Assembly (NCBI GenBank): GCA_963849325.1
Contig: CAWKHF010000012.1
Coordinates: 1,344,001-1,408,000 of the forward strand
Source of the DNA: an uncultured Planctomycetota bacterium
GTDB taxonomy: Bacteria > Planctomycetota > Planctomycetia > Gemmatales > Gemmataceae
Direction: 5' to 3'
DNA: 64,000 nt
Shown here: positions 32,808 to 45,806 of the stretch, piece after piece
How the letters are laid out: every line of letters begins with the position of its first letter
Position numbering within the stretch: the first letter of the stretch is position 1
The notes under the pieces: model-generated
Seen by the model: only the letters and a program-made list of their open reading frames with translations
Told to the model about the DNA's origin: nothing
The model's database searches: none
Translations under genes and position numbers: made by a program

Positions 32808-34088
32808 CTACTCTGTCTCTACCAGCAGCGCCGCGCCTTGTCCGCCGCCGACGCACAACGTCGCCAGACCGCGACGAAGGTTGCGCCGCCGCAGTTCCTT
32901 GAGCAGCGTCAGCACCAGCCGCGTACCCGTCGCGCCGACCGGATGCCCCAGAGCGATCGCCCCGCCGTTGACGTTTAGCCGGCTGCGGTCGATTTCACCC
33001 AGCGCCGAATCGCGGCCCAGGTGTTCGCGGGCAAACTGCGCCGAGGCGAAGGCTTTTTCGTTGCCCAGCACCACGGCGGCGAACGCCTCGTTCATCTCGA
33101 TGAGATCGATGTCCGTCAGCTTGAGGCCGGTCTTTTGCAGCAGCTTGTTCGTGGCGAACACCGGTCCGAGTCCCATCCGCGACGGATCGCAGCCGGCGTA
33201 GGCGTAGGCACGCAGATAGCCCAGCGGCCGCCGACCGTCGGCGCGGGCCGCCTCGCCGGGCATGACCACCATCGCCGCGGCGCCGTCGGTGATCGAGCAG
33301 GAGTTGCCGACCGTCACCGTGCCGTTCTTCTGGAAGAACGGCTTGAGACGAGCCAGCGCCTCCAGCGTCTGTTCCTTGCGCGGGCCGACGTCCTCGGCGA
33401 CGGTACGGCCGGCCGCTTCGGCCGGCACCGGCGTGATTTCCTCGGCAAGCACGCCGCGCTTCTGAGCGTCGGTGGCGCGGCGATGGCTCTCCAGCGCGAA
33501 GGCGTCCTGCTCCTGTCGAGTCAGGCCGAAATCGCGGACGAGCAACTCCGCCGTATCGCCCATGATGAGGCCGCATACCGGGTCGGTCAGGCCGAACTGC
33601 ACGCCGACGACCGGCTTGAAGTGCCGCGGCCGGAAGCGCAGCAGCGCGGCCAGCCGCTGCCGCCAGTTCTTCGCCTTGCCCAGTCGCAAATACAGCTCCG
33701 TCGCCTCGCGGTTGTAGAGTAAGGGGATGCGGCTCATCGATTCGACGCCGCCGGCGACGACGGTGCGGGCCTCGCCGAGTTGGATGAGCTGGGCGGCCGT
33801 GGTGATCGCTTCCATGCCGGAGGCGCAGTTGCGCTGGACGCTGTGGGCGATGCGATCGCGCGGAATGCCGGACAACAGGGCGATGACGCGCGCGATGTTG
33901 GCCGCGTCCGGCGGCATGGCGACGTTGCCGAAGACGACTTGATCGACCTGGTCGGGCCGCAGGCCGGCGCGCTGGAGCACGGCCGTGGTGGCGATGCGGC
34001 CAAGCTCCTGGGCGGACACCGAAGCCAGTGGGCCATAAGCCTTGGCGAAGGGCGTGCGGATTCCTTCGAGAATGGCGATGTCGAGCAT
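32808..34088 (-). CDS. fadI: Acetyl-CoA C-acyltransferase (thiolase)
   Basis: NCASG, GGVESMS, NEAFA, NVNGGAIALGHPVGATG, LCVGGGQG; adjacent to fadJ. Confidence 0.9.
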   Translation of the reverse strand: MLDIAILEGIRTPFAKAYGPLASVSAQELGRIATTAVLQRAGLRPDQVDQVVFGNVAMPPDAANIARVIALLSGIPRDRIAHSVQRNCASGMEAITTAAQLIQLGEARTVVAGGVESMSRIPLLYNREATELYLRLGKAKNWRQRLAALLRFRPRHFKPVVGVQFGLTDPVCGLIMGDTAELLVRDFGLTRQEQDAFALESHRRATDAQKRGVLAEEITPVPAEAAGRTVAEDVGPRKEQTLEALARLKPFFQKNGTVTVGNSCSITDGAAAMVVMPGEAARADGRRPLGYLRAYAYAGCDPSRMGLGPVFATNKLLQKTGLKLTDIDLIEMNEAFAAVVLGNEKAFASAQFAREHLGRDSALGEIDRSRLNVNGGAIALGHPVGATGTRLVLTLLKELRRRNLRRGLATLCVGGGQGAALLVETE

Positions 34089-34154
34089 GAGGACGCCTCC
34101 TTGGAGTTGTTTTCGACGAGATGGGCGGGTCGGTCAAGAGGGGGTAGCGAGTCC

Positions 34155-34213
34155 ACAAGCCCGGAGCGTTAGCGACGGGTTATCCAAACCCGTCGCTAAC
34201 GCTCCGGGCTTGT
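34155..34213. repeat. REP-like palindrome, family A
   Basis: acaagcccggagcgttagcgacgggtt ... aacccgtcgctaacgctccgggcttgt. Confidence 0.9.
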
Positions 34214-34231
34214 AGGTGGAGAGCTACCTGC

Positions 34232-35974
34232 TCACGCCGTCGTGTGGCCGTTACCGTTGACCGAGGGCGGCGACTCGCGCAGCTTGCGGCGCAGCACCTT
34301 GCCGAGGAAGTTCTTGGGCAACTCGCTGACCACCTCGATCTTGCCGCGGCCGTTTCTGCTTGCCCAGGTGCAGCTTGCAGTGGTCTTCCAGGGCGGCCAG
34401 GTCCAGCTTGCCGCCGCCGCGCGGCACGACCAGCGCCTTGACCAACTCGCCGCGATCGTGGTCCGGCACGCCGACCACCGCCGCCTCGGCCACGTCCGGG
34501 ATAGCCGCGCAGCACCTCTTCCACCTCCGCCGGGAACACCAGGAAGCCCGACGTTTTGATAATGTCCCTTTTGCGATCCACGAAGGTGTAATAACCTTCG
34601 CCGTCGCGGCGGGCCATGTCGCCGGTGAACAGCCAGCCGTCCTTGAGCACCGCCTCCGTGGCGCAGCGGGTTGTTGAAATAGCCCTTCATCATCTGCGGG
34701 CCGCGCACCACCAGTTCGCCGACCTGCGCCGTCGGCCACGCTCGGCGCCCGTCTCGGGATCGACCAGGCGCGCCTCCGTGTCCGGCAGCGGCAGGCCGAT
34801 GGTGCCCGGACGGTTGGCCGTCGCCGGACGGGTTGGCGTGCGTCACCGGGCTGGCCTCGGTCAGGCCGTAGCCCTCGACGATGGCGCCGACGCCGTGCTT
34901 CTCGAACTCCGTGCGCACGCCCGGCTCCAGGGCCGAGGCGCCGGAGATGACGAAGCGGATGAACGACAGGTCGTGTGGCTCGTCGCGCATGAGGTTGTTG
35001 AGGGCGTGCGAGCATGGCCGGCACGGCCGGCACGATCTCCGGCCGCTGCGCTTCCAAGCAGCGACAGCACCGCCCGCGTCTCGAAGCGCGGGTGCAGGTG
35101 CAGCGTGTCGCCCTTGGCCCAGCTGGTCAAGAGCGACACCGTCAGGCCGTAGGCGTGGAAGAACGGCAGCACGCCGAGCAGGCTCTCGGTGCCGTCGTCG
35201 CCGCCGCACCAGTTGCGCAGCTGCAAGGCGTTGGCCACCAGGTTGCGATGCGTCAGCATGACCGCCTTGGGCGACGACGTCGTGCCGCCGGTCGGGGCCA
35301 GCACGGCCACGTCTTCCTCGGGCGTCACGGCGACCGCCCGCTCCAGCGGCTCCGCTTGCAGCAGGTCCTCGAAGCGATGGCGGCGGGCGTCGTGCGGCAG
35401 GCGCAGGTAGCCGCTGCGGCGCAGGCGCTCGATGCGATAGAGCATGCCGCGCCACATGGCCATGCGGCGGGCCAGCGAGGTCAGGACGACGTGTTCCAGC
35501 GGGCCGCGCTCCAGCGCGCCCGATCACGGCCGGGGCCAGCAAATCGAGGGTGACGACGATGTGACAGCCGGTCGCCTCCAGCCAGTGGCCGACCTCCTCG
35601 GCGACCATGAGCGGGCTGAGCTGCAGGGCCGTCGCGCCGGTCAGCCAGATGGCTTGCAGGGCGATCAGGTACTCGGGGATGTTCGGCAGCAGCACGCCCG
35701 ACGTGCCGGCCCGGCCGGCGCCCGAGGTCGGCCAGGGCGCGGGCCAGCCGCCGCGCCTGCTCGTCGAGTTGGGCGAAGGTCGTGGCCCGGCCGTACAGCG
35801 TGCAGGCCGGCCGCTCCGGGATGCGCCGCGCCGCCCGCTCCAGCAGGGCGCTCAGCGGCACACGCGGGTAAGGCACGGACGACGGCATGTCACAGGGGTA
35901 TTCGTCCAGCCAGGACTGCTGCCAGGATGGGACCGACAACTCCGGGGATCGCAGTTCGGCGACAGGGGCGTCAC
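34232..35974 (-). CDS. fadD: Long-chain fatty-acid-CoA ligase (many frameshifts; start approximate)
   Basis: [71 protein letters not shown]. Confidence 0.88.
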
Positions 35975-36333
35975 GGCGGCTCTCCTTCCGGCGCAGTCGC
36001 TCGTTGACGCGCGACACGCGAACAGGATTACAGCAGGGGAGGGGGACCGAGAGGCGCGAGACGGATGAGCGGACAAGACTGCGTGACACGAGCCGCTCAG
36101 GTGTGATTTCGGGGCCGTGGCCTCTCTTCTCTTCTCTCCACTATATTTTACGTTGCTTCTCCGACAGAAACAACCGGCCGAACCGCGTTTATTCGGCATC
36201 CCGCGGAGAGGGACTGCAGAACATACCGATCGCGCGGGATCTGCCGCCGACTGCTGCGGTGGGCGACAACGGTTACGCCGGACATAGAATGCCCCGGCGA
36301 GCTGGTTTGGCACATGGATTGGGAGATGGACTC

Positions 36334-37227
36334 ATGCCGACTCTGCTGCAAAGCGACGTGCCCGGCTACCCCTGCCGCCGCGGCAAGGTCCGCGACGTCT
36401 ACGACCTCGGCGACCGGCTCGTCATCGTCGCCACCGATCGCATCAGCGCCTTCGACTGGGTGCTGCCGACCGCCATCCCCGACAAGGGCCGCGTTCTGAC
36501 CGCCCTGACGCTGTTCTGGCTCGATCCTCTCGGCGTGCCGCATCATCTGCTGAGCACGGACCTGGCGGACATGCGGCCGGCCTTCGCCGACCGCGCCGAG
36601 GAACTGCGAGGCCGCACTTGCCTGGTGCGCAAGGCGTCGGTGGTGCCGATCGAGTGCGTCGTGCGCGGCTACCTGGCCGGCTCCGGTTGGAAGGAGTATC
36701 GCCGGCACGGCACGGTCTGCGGCATCTCCCTGCCGCCGGGTCTCGCTCAGAGTGCTCGCCTGCCCGAGCCGATCTTCACGCCCGCCACCAAGGAAGAGAG
36801 CGGCCACGATCAGAACATCTCCTTCGACGAGATGGCCCGGCGCGTCGGCGGCGAACTGGCCGCGGCAGCTGCGCAGCGCAGCCTCGACGTCTACCGCCGG
36901 GCGGCCGAGCACGCCCGCTGCGCGGCCTGATCCTGGCCGATACCAAGTTCGAGTGGGGCCTGATCGCCGGATGGGCAAATCATTCTGATCGACGAGGTGC
37001 TGACGCCGGACAGCTCGCGCTTCTGGCCGGCGGACCAGTACCGCGAGGGCGTCAGTCCGCCGTCGTTCGACAAGCAATTCGTGCGCGACTGGCTGGAGAC
37101 GACCGGCTGGGACAAGAACAGTCCGCCGCCGGAGTTGCCCGCCGATGTGGTTGCGCGCACCGCCGCCAAGTACCGCGAAGCGTACGAGCGTCTGACCGGC
37201 CGACCGCTGTCGCCAGCGACGGCCTAA
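36334..37227 (+). CDS. purC: Phosphoribosylaminoimidazole-succinocarboxamide synthase (frameshifted)
   Basis: [62 protein letters not shown]. Confidence 0.96.
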
Positions 37228-37472
37228 GAGATAGCGGACAACACTTCTCTCTCTCCATTCGCGGCCGACGCCGAGGTTGACTACTGGGCCATTCGGTGCG
37301 CTAACCTCGGCCGATGGCGCGGCCTAACCTGAGAAAGCATCTGCGCGTTGCTGCGCTCGCTGGCCCGCTGATGATGGAAGAATAGTTGTTGTGGAAACAA
37401 AAGAACCCCGTATAATCCTTGAATGTGCCATAATCAGATTACTCAGCACCTGAGGAAGAGCAGGAGGGTGGA

Positions 37473-38516
37473 ATGTCGAGACTTGTTACGGTCCACGGAT
37501 TGGTTGGGAGATGGACAGCCTTCGCGGTAGCGCTGGGGCTATTCAGCGTATCGCTGGCGGCGGTCTTCGGCCAGTCGGACGGCAGTTCTTACGTGCCGGG
37601 TCCGGCACCATTCATCTTACCGATTGAATGGCAATGTCAGGAAGACGTTCCGACTCCGCTGGACCGGACGGACTTCGGACTCAACGAACAGGTAGACTTC
37701 TGGATTGATCCGACTACATGGGTAGATGAAGACTATTCCGTCGATCCGTACGGCAATCTGACGCCGGTATACGATTCTTTAGGACTCGTTATCTGGTCCG
37801 TAACCGGAGCAGGGACAATCTACCCCACGATTGGCTACAGCACCACACTCACCGTTGACGAAGTGACGCAGGACTCTCCCGTGAGCGTTGAGGCTCAGGT
37901 ATGGGATTCGGAAACCCTGGGTCTTGATCCGCCGGTGACGCTCCAGGCAGGAGGTGGCGGAGGGATGATGGGGCAGGTACCCACGGGAATTCAGGGTGTT
38001 GTATGGTATGACGATTTGGGAGTAGGAGCCCCGGGACCGCCTAACAATCAGGTCGGGGCTCGCAGTCGCTTCTGGTATCAGGTGACGCCCGCGTTCGTCA
38101 ACTTCTCCGCCACCCAATTCCAAGAAAATATTCCCGCTATCCCCCTGCCTCCTCCCTATGCTGCCCCTGTCTGGCCAGATGGCACACCTGTTAACATCGG
38201 CGCGAACATCGTGCCGTTCAACGTTGCCAACGTCACGTTCGGGCCACCGAATGCACAAGTGCTGCAGCCCAACATGGTGCGCGACCGGATCGGTACCGGG
38301 CCGTGGCCGGTTGGGCAGTTGGGGGATCCACCTCAAGCATTTAGCTACAGCGTTCCCGTACCCCTGGAGTACTCATCGGCCGGCGCCTGGATCCGTATCG
38401 CTTCGACGAATAGCAAGTGGCATCCGCGGGAATTCCAAGCGAACTTACAAGCGCGCGTTGGCCTCGACCCTGGGTCGGGACCCGTCTGGGGAGGGCTGCA
38501 AGGTCCTTGGCAGTGA
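37473..38516 (+). CDS. Hypothetical secreted protein (beta-rich, acidic N-half, Gly linker)
   Basis: 347-aa ORF, GGAGG RBS, hydrophobic N-terminal segment, atypical codon usage. Confidence 0.7.
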   Translation: MSRLVTVHGLVGRWTAFAVALGLFSVSLAAVFGQSDGSSYVPGPAPFILPIEWQCQEDVPTPLDRTDFGLNEQVDFWIDPTTWVDEDYSVDPYGNLTPVYDSLGLVIWSVTGAGTIYPTIGYSTTLTVDEVTQDSPVSVEAQVWDSETLGLDPPVTLQAGGGGGMMGQVPTGIQGVVWYDDLGVGAPGPPNNQVGARSRFWYQVTPAFVNFSATQFQENIPAIPLPPPYAAPVWPDGTPVNIGANIVPFNVANVTFGPPNAQVLQPNMVRDRIGTGPWPVGQLGDPPQAFSYSVPVPLEYSSAGAWIRIASTNSKWHPREFQANLQARVGLDPGSGPVWGGLQGPWQ

Positions 38517-38653
38517 GCGGGAGGATAGCGGAAAGGCTCGTGTCTCTCCCCGTATCCAGAAGTGTTGTGGAGAAGCGTTTGTCTGAGCGTTCCGGGTACA
38601 CTTCACTCTTTTTTTCCCGCAGGAACCTTTGGGATGAGAAAGGCACTCGTCGC

Positions 38654-39559
38654 ATGGCTACTTCCTTGTTACTCGTGGCGAGTTTGTGTTCCGTGATCAC
38701 CCAGAAAGAAGAAACGGAAGGAATGACGCCAGCATTCAAGCAAGATCTGGCTCGCCTGGCCGCGTTACGCCATGGAAGGGACACCCAGCTAAGAAGGGTC
38801 GATCAACTTGGTCAAGAATTGCTCCAAAAATATTCTGGCGGCAGGGAGCAAGGGGCAATCTACTACCAACTGGCGCACATCCACGCCCAAAGCGGTTTAC
38901 GCGAACCCGACCGCGTCATCGCGTATGCCAGCAAGGCGTTGGCTTTCCCTCTGGATCCATCGCAGCGTATGCGAATGTACGTTTACTGGGGAGACGCGGC
39001 CCGGTTGAAACAAGGACGATCACCAACAGCGGCGCAGCGCAAGGAGGTGGCCCTAACCTATCTCCAAGGACTGAAAGAAACGTCCCGCTATCAGCTGCCG
39101 GATACTCCGCCTGAACTACCCGGTGTCTCACCTTACGACGTGGACGGCCCTCCAGCGGTGGTGGAAAAGGCTCGTCAGGAGCATAAGCGGGAGATGGATG
39201 CTCGGAAGGAGGCGGAATTTCAGCGTGAGATGATTCAGCATCGCAAAGTATTGACTCAACAGCTCGTGGATCTGTATTCTCGCAAGCCTTATGCGACGGA
39301 GGAGTTAGAACAACTTGCCCGCCAGATCCTGGGCGATCCAGCGGCCGTGGAGCGGCTGATGAAGGCTTTGCCGCCAGCTGTCGAGAAGGACCGACAAATG
39401 CAGGCAGCCCTCGACGCCAAGAACGCCGCCGCGCGGAAGAAGCCGTTGCCTGCACCAGCCTCCGCCGCTTGGGCCTATTTCTGGCTTTTTATCTCAGGAA
39501 CGCTTGTCGTCCTTGCCATCCTCTCGCTGTTTTATTGGCGACGACGGCAATCGACTTGA
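38654..39559 (+). CDS. Hypothetical exported helical (TPR-like) protein with C-terminal membrane anchor
   Basis: AIYYQLAHIH...YASKAL...YVYWGDA; ends LPAPASAAWAYFWLFISGTLVVLAILSLFYWRRRQST. Confidence 0.7.
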   Translation: MATSLLLVASLCSVITQKEETEGMTPAFKQDLARLAALRHGRDTQLRRVDQLGQELLQKYSGGREQGAIYYQLAHIHAQSGLREPDRVIAYASKALAFPLDPSQRMRMYVYWGDAARLKQGRSPTAAQRKEVALTYLQGLKETSRYQLPDTPPELPGVSPYDVDGPPAVVEKARQEHKREMDARKEAEFQREMIQHRKVLTQQLVDLYSRKPYATEELEQLARQILGDPAAVERLMKALPPAVEKDRQMQAALDAKNAAARKKPLPAPASAAWAYFWLFISGTLVVLAILSLFYWRRRQST

Positions 39560-39607
39560 GGGCGGCGCTGGCAACCGTCCAGCTCCGTCCCCTCGCCCCG
39601 CGAGGGT

Positions 39608-40857
39608 TTAGTAAAAAGGATACCAGGCGCTGAAAAGCGCAGGCATACACCCCCATGAGGAAAGCGCTCAGAGAGAGCAAACCGCAAGCCACGCCCGGCG
39701 GCGCGCGTTGCAGCAGTCGGCCGAGTATCAGGTAGATCGGGATAACTGCCGCCATGAACCGTCCCATGCTCCCCATGTACATCTCATAGCTGCGCATCAC
39801 GTAGGGAATGAGCAGCATTGGTATGCTGAAGGCAATTTCCGTCTCCGACAACCAGCGTCTCCAGACTCCAACAGCAATTAACCCAATGGCCAGGATGAAG
39901 TAACACGGGTTAGCGAGGCGCAGGTTGAAGAACGGTTCGACTGGCTGGTGGCGCGTCCAGAAGCCTCCAGAGGAGGGATCGAAGGTGGTCCAAATGGGTT
40001 CCAACGTGAGAAGGGAAAAAACCTTGTTAGGTCCAACTCCTAACGGACGATCCCGCCAGTGGACTTGTGTCTTGGCAAATGCCAGCGGGTCGCCGAACTC
40101 GGCCCACTGATACCCCATGTAGGCCAGCAAGCCCCAAGAGGCGAGCGGCAGGTAAAGGACAAGCTGCCCAGCCAAACTCCGATAGGATTTCAGCGCTGCG
40201 AAGGAGACGGAGGGCGAAAGGAGCAAGCAAGGCGACGCCGACTGGTCGCGCGGCTGTTGCCGCTCCGATCACCAGCGCCGTTGGCAGCCAGCGCCAGTTC
40301 TGGTCCAGAGCATACAAGGCCAATACGGTGAAGAAGAGGAAAATGGATTCGCTGTAAGCCATTCGGAAGAAGAAGGTGGTGGGGAACAAGCCAAAGATGA
40401 GTAAGACGTAGTCCGTCGTGACAGCCGGTAACCCGACTATCCGAGATTCGGTGTACGCAGCCAGCACGGCAAAGGTTGCCAGCAGGAACAAGTGGCTACA
40501 GGTCAAAAGGGCCAGCTCAGAAGACCAGCCGGTAACTGTCATAAGAAGCCGTCCGGCCAGCGGATAAGCGGGGAAAAATGCAACGCTGGAAGGAGCCTCC
40601 GGGTCGTAAGCATAACCTTCCCGCGCGATGCGAGCATACCACCGGCCGTCCCAAGCGGCGAAGGTTGCCACCACCGACCGTTCCTTTCCCTGGCCGTAAG
40701 CCGTTGGTTGGACGTACTTTGAACCGAAGTAGCCTCCTAGTAAAGCAATGAGGCTCGTCAGGACATAGTAAGCAAAACCTATGCTGATCCACTGCGGCAC
40801 GCGAGATTTCGTTCCGAATGGTGCGCCGTGTCCAGATACTTGAGGCGGCGTGGACAT
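39608..40857 (-). CDS. GT-C membrane mannosyltransferase (PIG-V/Mannosyl_trans2-like), frameshifted
   Basis: AAWDGRWYARIAREGY, AFFPAYP, FFRMAYSES, ARPVG, FGDPLAF, SMGRF; multiple TM helices; 3' end approximate. Confidence 0.85.
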
Positions 40858-40889
40858 GAGTCATGTTCCCAATCAGGCGTTTCCGCGCT

Positions 40890-40940
40890 GGCGAGCGGCT
40901 GGTCAAAGTCTTCACCAGCCGGCTCACGCCGGCCGTTCGC

Positions 40941-40941
<1 letters not shown>
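40890..40941. repeat. REP-like palindrome, family B, with internally deleted left arm
   Basis: Right arm accagccggctcacgccggccgttcgcc is intact. Confidence 0.75.
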
Positions 40942-43082
<2,141 letters not shown>

Positions 43083-43100
43083 GACAGACTCCTTGTGGAC

Positions 43101-43165
43101 GGCGAACGGCCGGCGTAAGCCGGCTGGTGCGTACGCCACCAGCCGGCTTACGCCGGCCGTTCGCC
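43101..43165. repeat. REP-like palindrome, family B
   Basis: ggcgaacggccggcgtaagccggctggtg ... caccagccggcttacgccggccgttcgcc. Confidence 0.9.
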
Positions 43166-43172
43166 CAGAAAT

Positions 43173-44001
43173 TTAGTCTTTACCCGGACTCCGGTAGCCG
43201 GGCAAAGCGTCGATGCGTTTGCGGATGTCCGCCTGCGCGGCGAAAGCGTTCGTCCTTGAGCGAGCCGTATTGTTTGACAAACTCGGCGGCGGTCAGCCCC
43301 TCGGGCAAGCCTCGGGGTGAAAGGGCGTAGTCGGCGAGGCGAAACGATTTCTCGATGTCGGCCAGTCGGCCCGGCCGGTCGAGCAAACGGCGAGCGAAGG
43401 CGATGCCAGCGAAATCGGCGGACAGGTCGGCGAAGCTGAAGCCGCTGCCACCGTGGGCGTCGAGCCATTCCTTGAGGACGCCGGCGCTCTCGGCGGCCTC
43501 CGGCCCGGCCACGGCGGTCAGGGCCGCCGACACGGCGAAGTGCTGGGCCAGGTCGTGCCGGCCGTAAAGCGTCGGTTCGCCGAGCACGAGCAGCCGCTGC
43601 TCACGGGCCTCGTCCGTCTCGACCTTGCGCCACAGTCCGCGCGTCAGCAGGTTCTGGCGCAGCAGCGCGGAATCGTCCAGGGCGATGCCCAGCGCCAGCA
43701 GGTACGCCGGCGCCGACTGCTCGGCCGGTAAGCGGCGAGCGGTAGTCGCCCCGGCCCGGACGTAATACTCGGTGAGGTCATCACCCGTTCGGCGAAAGGG
43801 TCCGTCCGTACCGGGGACGCCACGCTGCGGTAGGCGCTGATTGTCGGCCGCGGCCTTCACGATAGCGGTCAGCACCATCCGGGCGTTATCGGCCAGGACA
43901 GCGGACGGGGCCTTCTTCGGCCCATCCGCCTCGCCGGCTCGCGCGGGACAGACGATTCCGCCCAGACTCAACGCGAACACGGCGGCGAAGCGTGCCTCCA
44001 T
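43173..44001 (-). CDS. Conserved hypothetical exported protein (probable frameshift near the 3' end)
   Basis: RHDLAQHFAVSAAL, GVLKE, GSGFSFADLSADFAG, LPEGL motifs. Confidence 0.75.
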
Positions 44002-44134
44002 AGACGATCCCTTGTAGGCGGCCGGAACGTGTCACCCCCTGCGCGGACCAACCACGCACCGCGGAGGACCATTCCCTTATTGTCCGTGCTGGGAGAGGGG
44101 CGTCCAGTGCGATGGGCCGCGAACGCCGCGCGGG

Positions 44135-45727
44135 TCAATGATTCAGGCTGAATTCGCCGCTGTTGAGAAGCACCCAGAAAACGTCGGCCAGCGCCTGCCG
44201 CACGTCCTGACGCGGCCCGCCGCCATCCACGTAGGGCACCAAACGTCTCGTTTCGGCCGCAGTGGGTTTGCGCGACAGCGTTGCCAGGAAAAGCGCTTCG
44301 ATCCGTCCGGCCGTGTCCAGCGAGCGGTCGTCGGCCACGGTCGTCAACGTGCCGCCGCCCTTCAATCGCGTGGCATCGGCGATGAAGCGTCCGTTCATGA
44401 GCATTAGCGCTTGTGGTATGGAGCGCTGCGTCTCGGTGCGCGGCTGACCGCCGGCGAAGCGAGCCAGGAACGCGGCGCGGGTGTCGTCGCGCGGGCCGTC
44501 CGCCGGACGAGGACTCGCAGGCGGCCGATAGCCAGTCGCCGTCGCCAGACTGTCGAACAGCTGTTCGGGACTGAGTTCCTTGACGACGCGATGGGCGAAC
44601 AGGCGAGAGGGCGGAGCCGAAGCGGCGTGTACGGCACTGGTGAGTTGGTAAGCCGGGCTGGCAATGATGCTCCGTATCAGGAAGTGCAGGTCAAAGCGGT
44701 GGGCGACGAATTGGTGGGCCAGCTCGTCGAGCAGTTCGGGATGGCTGGGCGGGTTGTCGGCCCGGAAATCGTCCACGGGTTCGACCAGTCCCAGGCCGAA
44801 GAAGTGGGCCCACAACCGATTCACCGTGGCGCGGGCGAAGTACGGATTTTCGGGGGCGGTCAGCCAGTCGGCGAGAGTGGTGCGGGCGCCGACGTTGTAC
44901 TTCCAGCGCGGCTCGCTTTCATCGAGGAAACGAGCCTCGGCGCTGACGAGGCTGCCCGGAATCTTGAGATCGCGGCGGTCGAACACCTCGCGGATGCCGC
45001 CGTCCGCGGCGTCGCGCTGAAGCCCGGCGAAGAAGGCCGCGTAGCCCCAGAAATGGCGGCGCGTCCAGGCGGCGGACGGATGGTCGTGACACTGGGCGCA
45101 TTCGATGCGCACGCCCAGGAACAGGCGGGCCGTGCTGGCGGCCAGGTTCTCCGCCCGGACGTCCTTGGCCAGGTAGAAGGCCATCGGCGTCGGCGCCGCC
45201 GCATCGGCCGGCTCGGCGAGCGGCATCCGGCCCAGCCGCACGCGCTCGCCGCCGAAGGGGAGCGTCAGCAGCTCGCGCACCATGCGGTCATAGGGCACAT
45301 TGCGGGAGAACTGCCGGCGGAGCCAGTCGTTGAAGCGGTCGAGTTGCCCTTGCACCGGATCGTTGCTGCCGGACTCCGGGATCAGCAGCTCGCGCCAGAC
45401 GTTGACGAAGTGCTCGACGTGGGCGCGGTCGTCAAGCAGCCGCCGCACCAGCCGTTCGCGCTTGTCGGACGTTTGGTCGGCGAGGAACGTCCGCGCCTCC
45501 GCCAGGGTCGGGATGCGGCCGATCAGGTCGAGATAGACGCGCCGCAGATATTCGGCGTCATCGGCCAGGGCGGCGGGCTTCACTCCTTCCGCCTGCCAGC
45601 GCGCGGCGAGGAGTTGATCGATCTTCCGCGCCAACTTCGGTTCGCTCAGCGGCTCGGCCGCATGCAGCGGCCCGGCGCAAACCAGCGGCGCTCCCAGCAC
45701 CAGCAGTCTCATCGCGTGGCGTAGCAT
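44135..45727 (-). CDS. DUF1549/DUF1553 (PSD1/PSCyt2-type) planctomycete protein
   Basis: YLRRVYLDLIGRIPT, FLGVRIECAQCHDHP, NPYFARATVNRLW, NPPSHPELLD, WVLLNSGEF. Confidence 0.93.
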   Translation of the reverse strand: MLRHAMRLLVLGAPLVCAGPLHAAEPLSEPKLARKIDQLLAARWQAEGVKPAALADDAEYLRRVYLDLIGRIPTLAEARTFLADQTSDKRERLVRRLLDDRAHVEHFVNVWRELLIPESGSNDPVQGQLDRFNDWLRRQFSRNVPYDRMVRELLTLPFGGERVRLGRMPLAEPADAAAPTPMAFYLAKDVRAENLAASTARLFLGVRIECAQCHDHPSAAWTRRHFWGYAAFFAGLQRDAADGGIREVFDRRDLKIPGSLVSAEARFLDESEPRWKYNVGARTTLADWLTAPENPYFARATVNRLWAHFFGLGLVEPVDDFRADNPPSHPELLDELAHQFVAHRFDLHFLIRSIIASPAYQLTSAVHAASAPPSRLFAHRVVKELSPEQLFDSLATATGYRPPASPRPADGPRDDTRAAFLARFAGGQPRTETQRSIPQALMLMNGRFIADATRLKGGGTLTTVADDRSLDTAGRIEALFLATLSRKPTAAETRRLVPYVDGGGPRQDVRQALADVFWVLLNSGEFSLNH

Positions 45728-45746
45728 GATGGTCGAAACTCCTCCC

Positions 45747-45796
45747 AGCCGCGAGCATCAGCGAGCGGGGCAGCCCGCTCGCTGACGCTCGCGGCT
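45747..45796. repeat. REP-like palindrome (family A variant)
   Basis: agccgcgagcatcagcgagcggg ... cccgctcgctgacgctcgcggct. Confidence 0.8.
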
Positions 45797-45806
45797 CGGA
45801 TAAACA

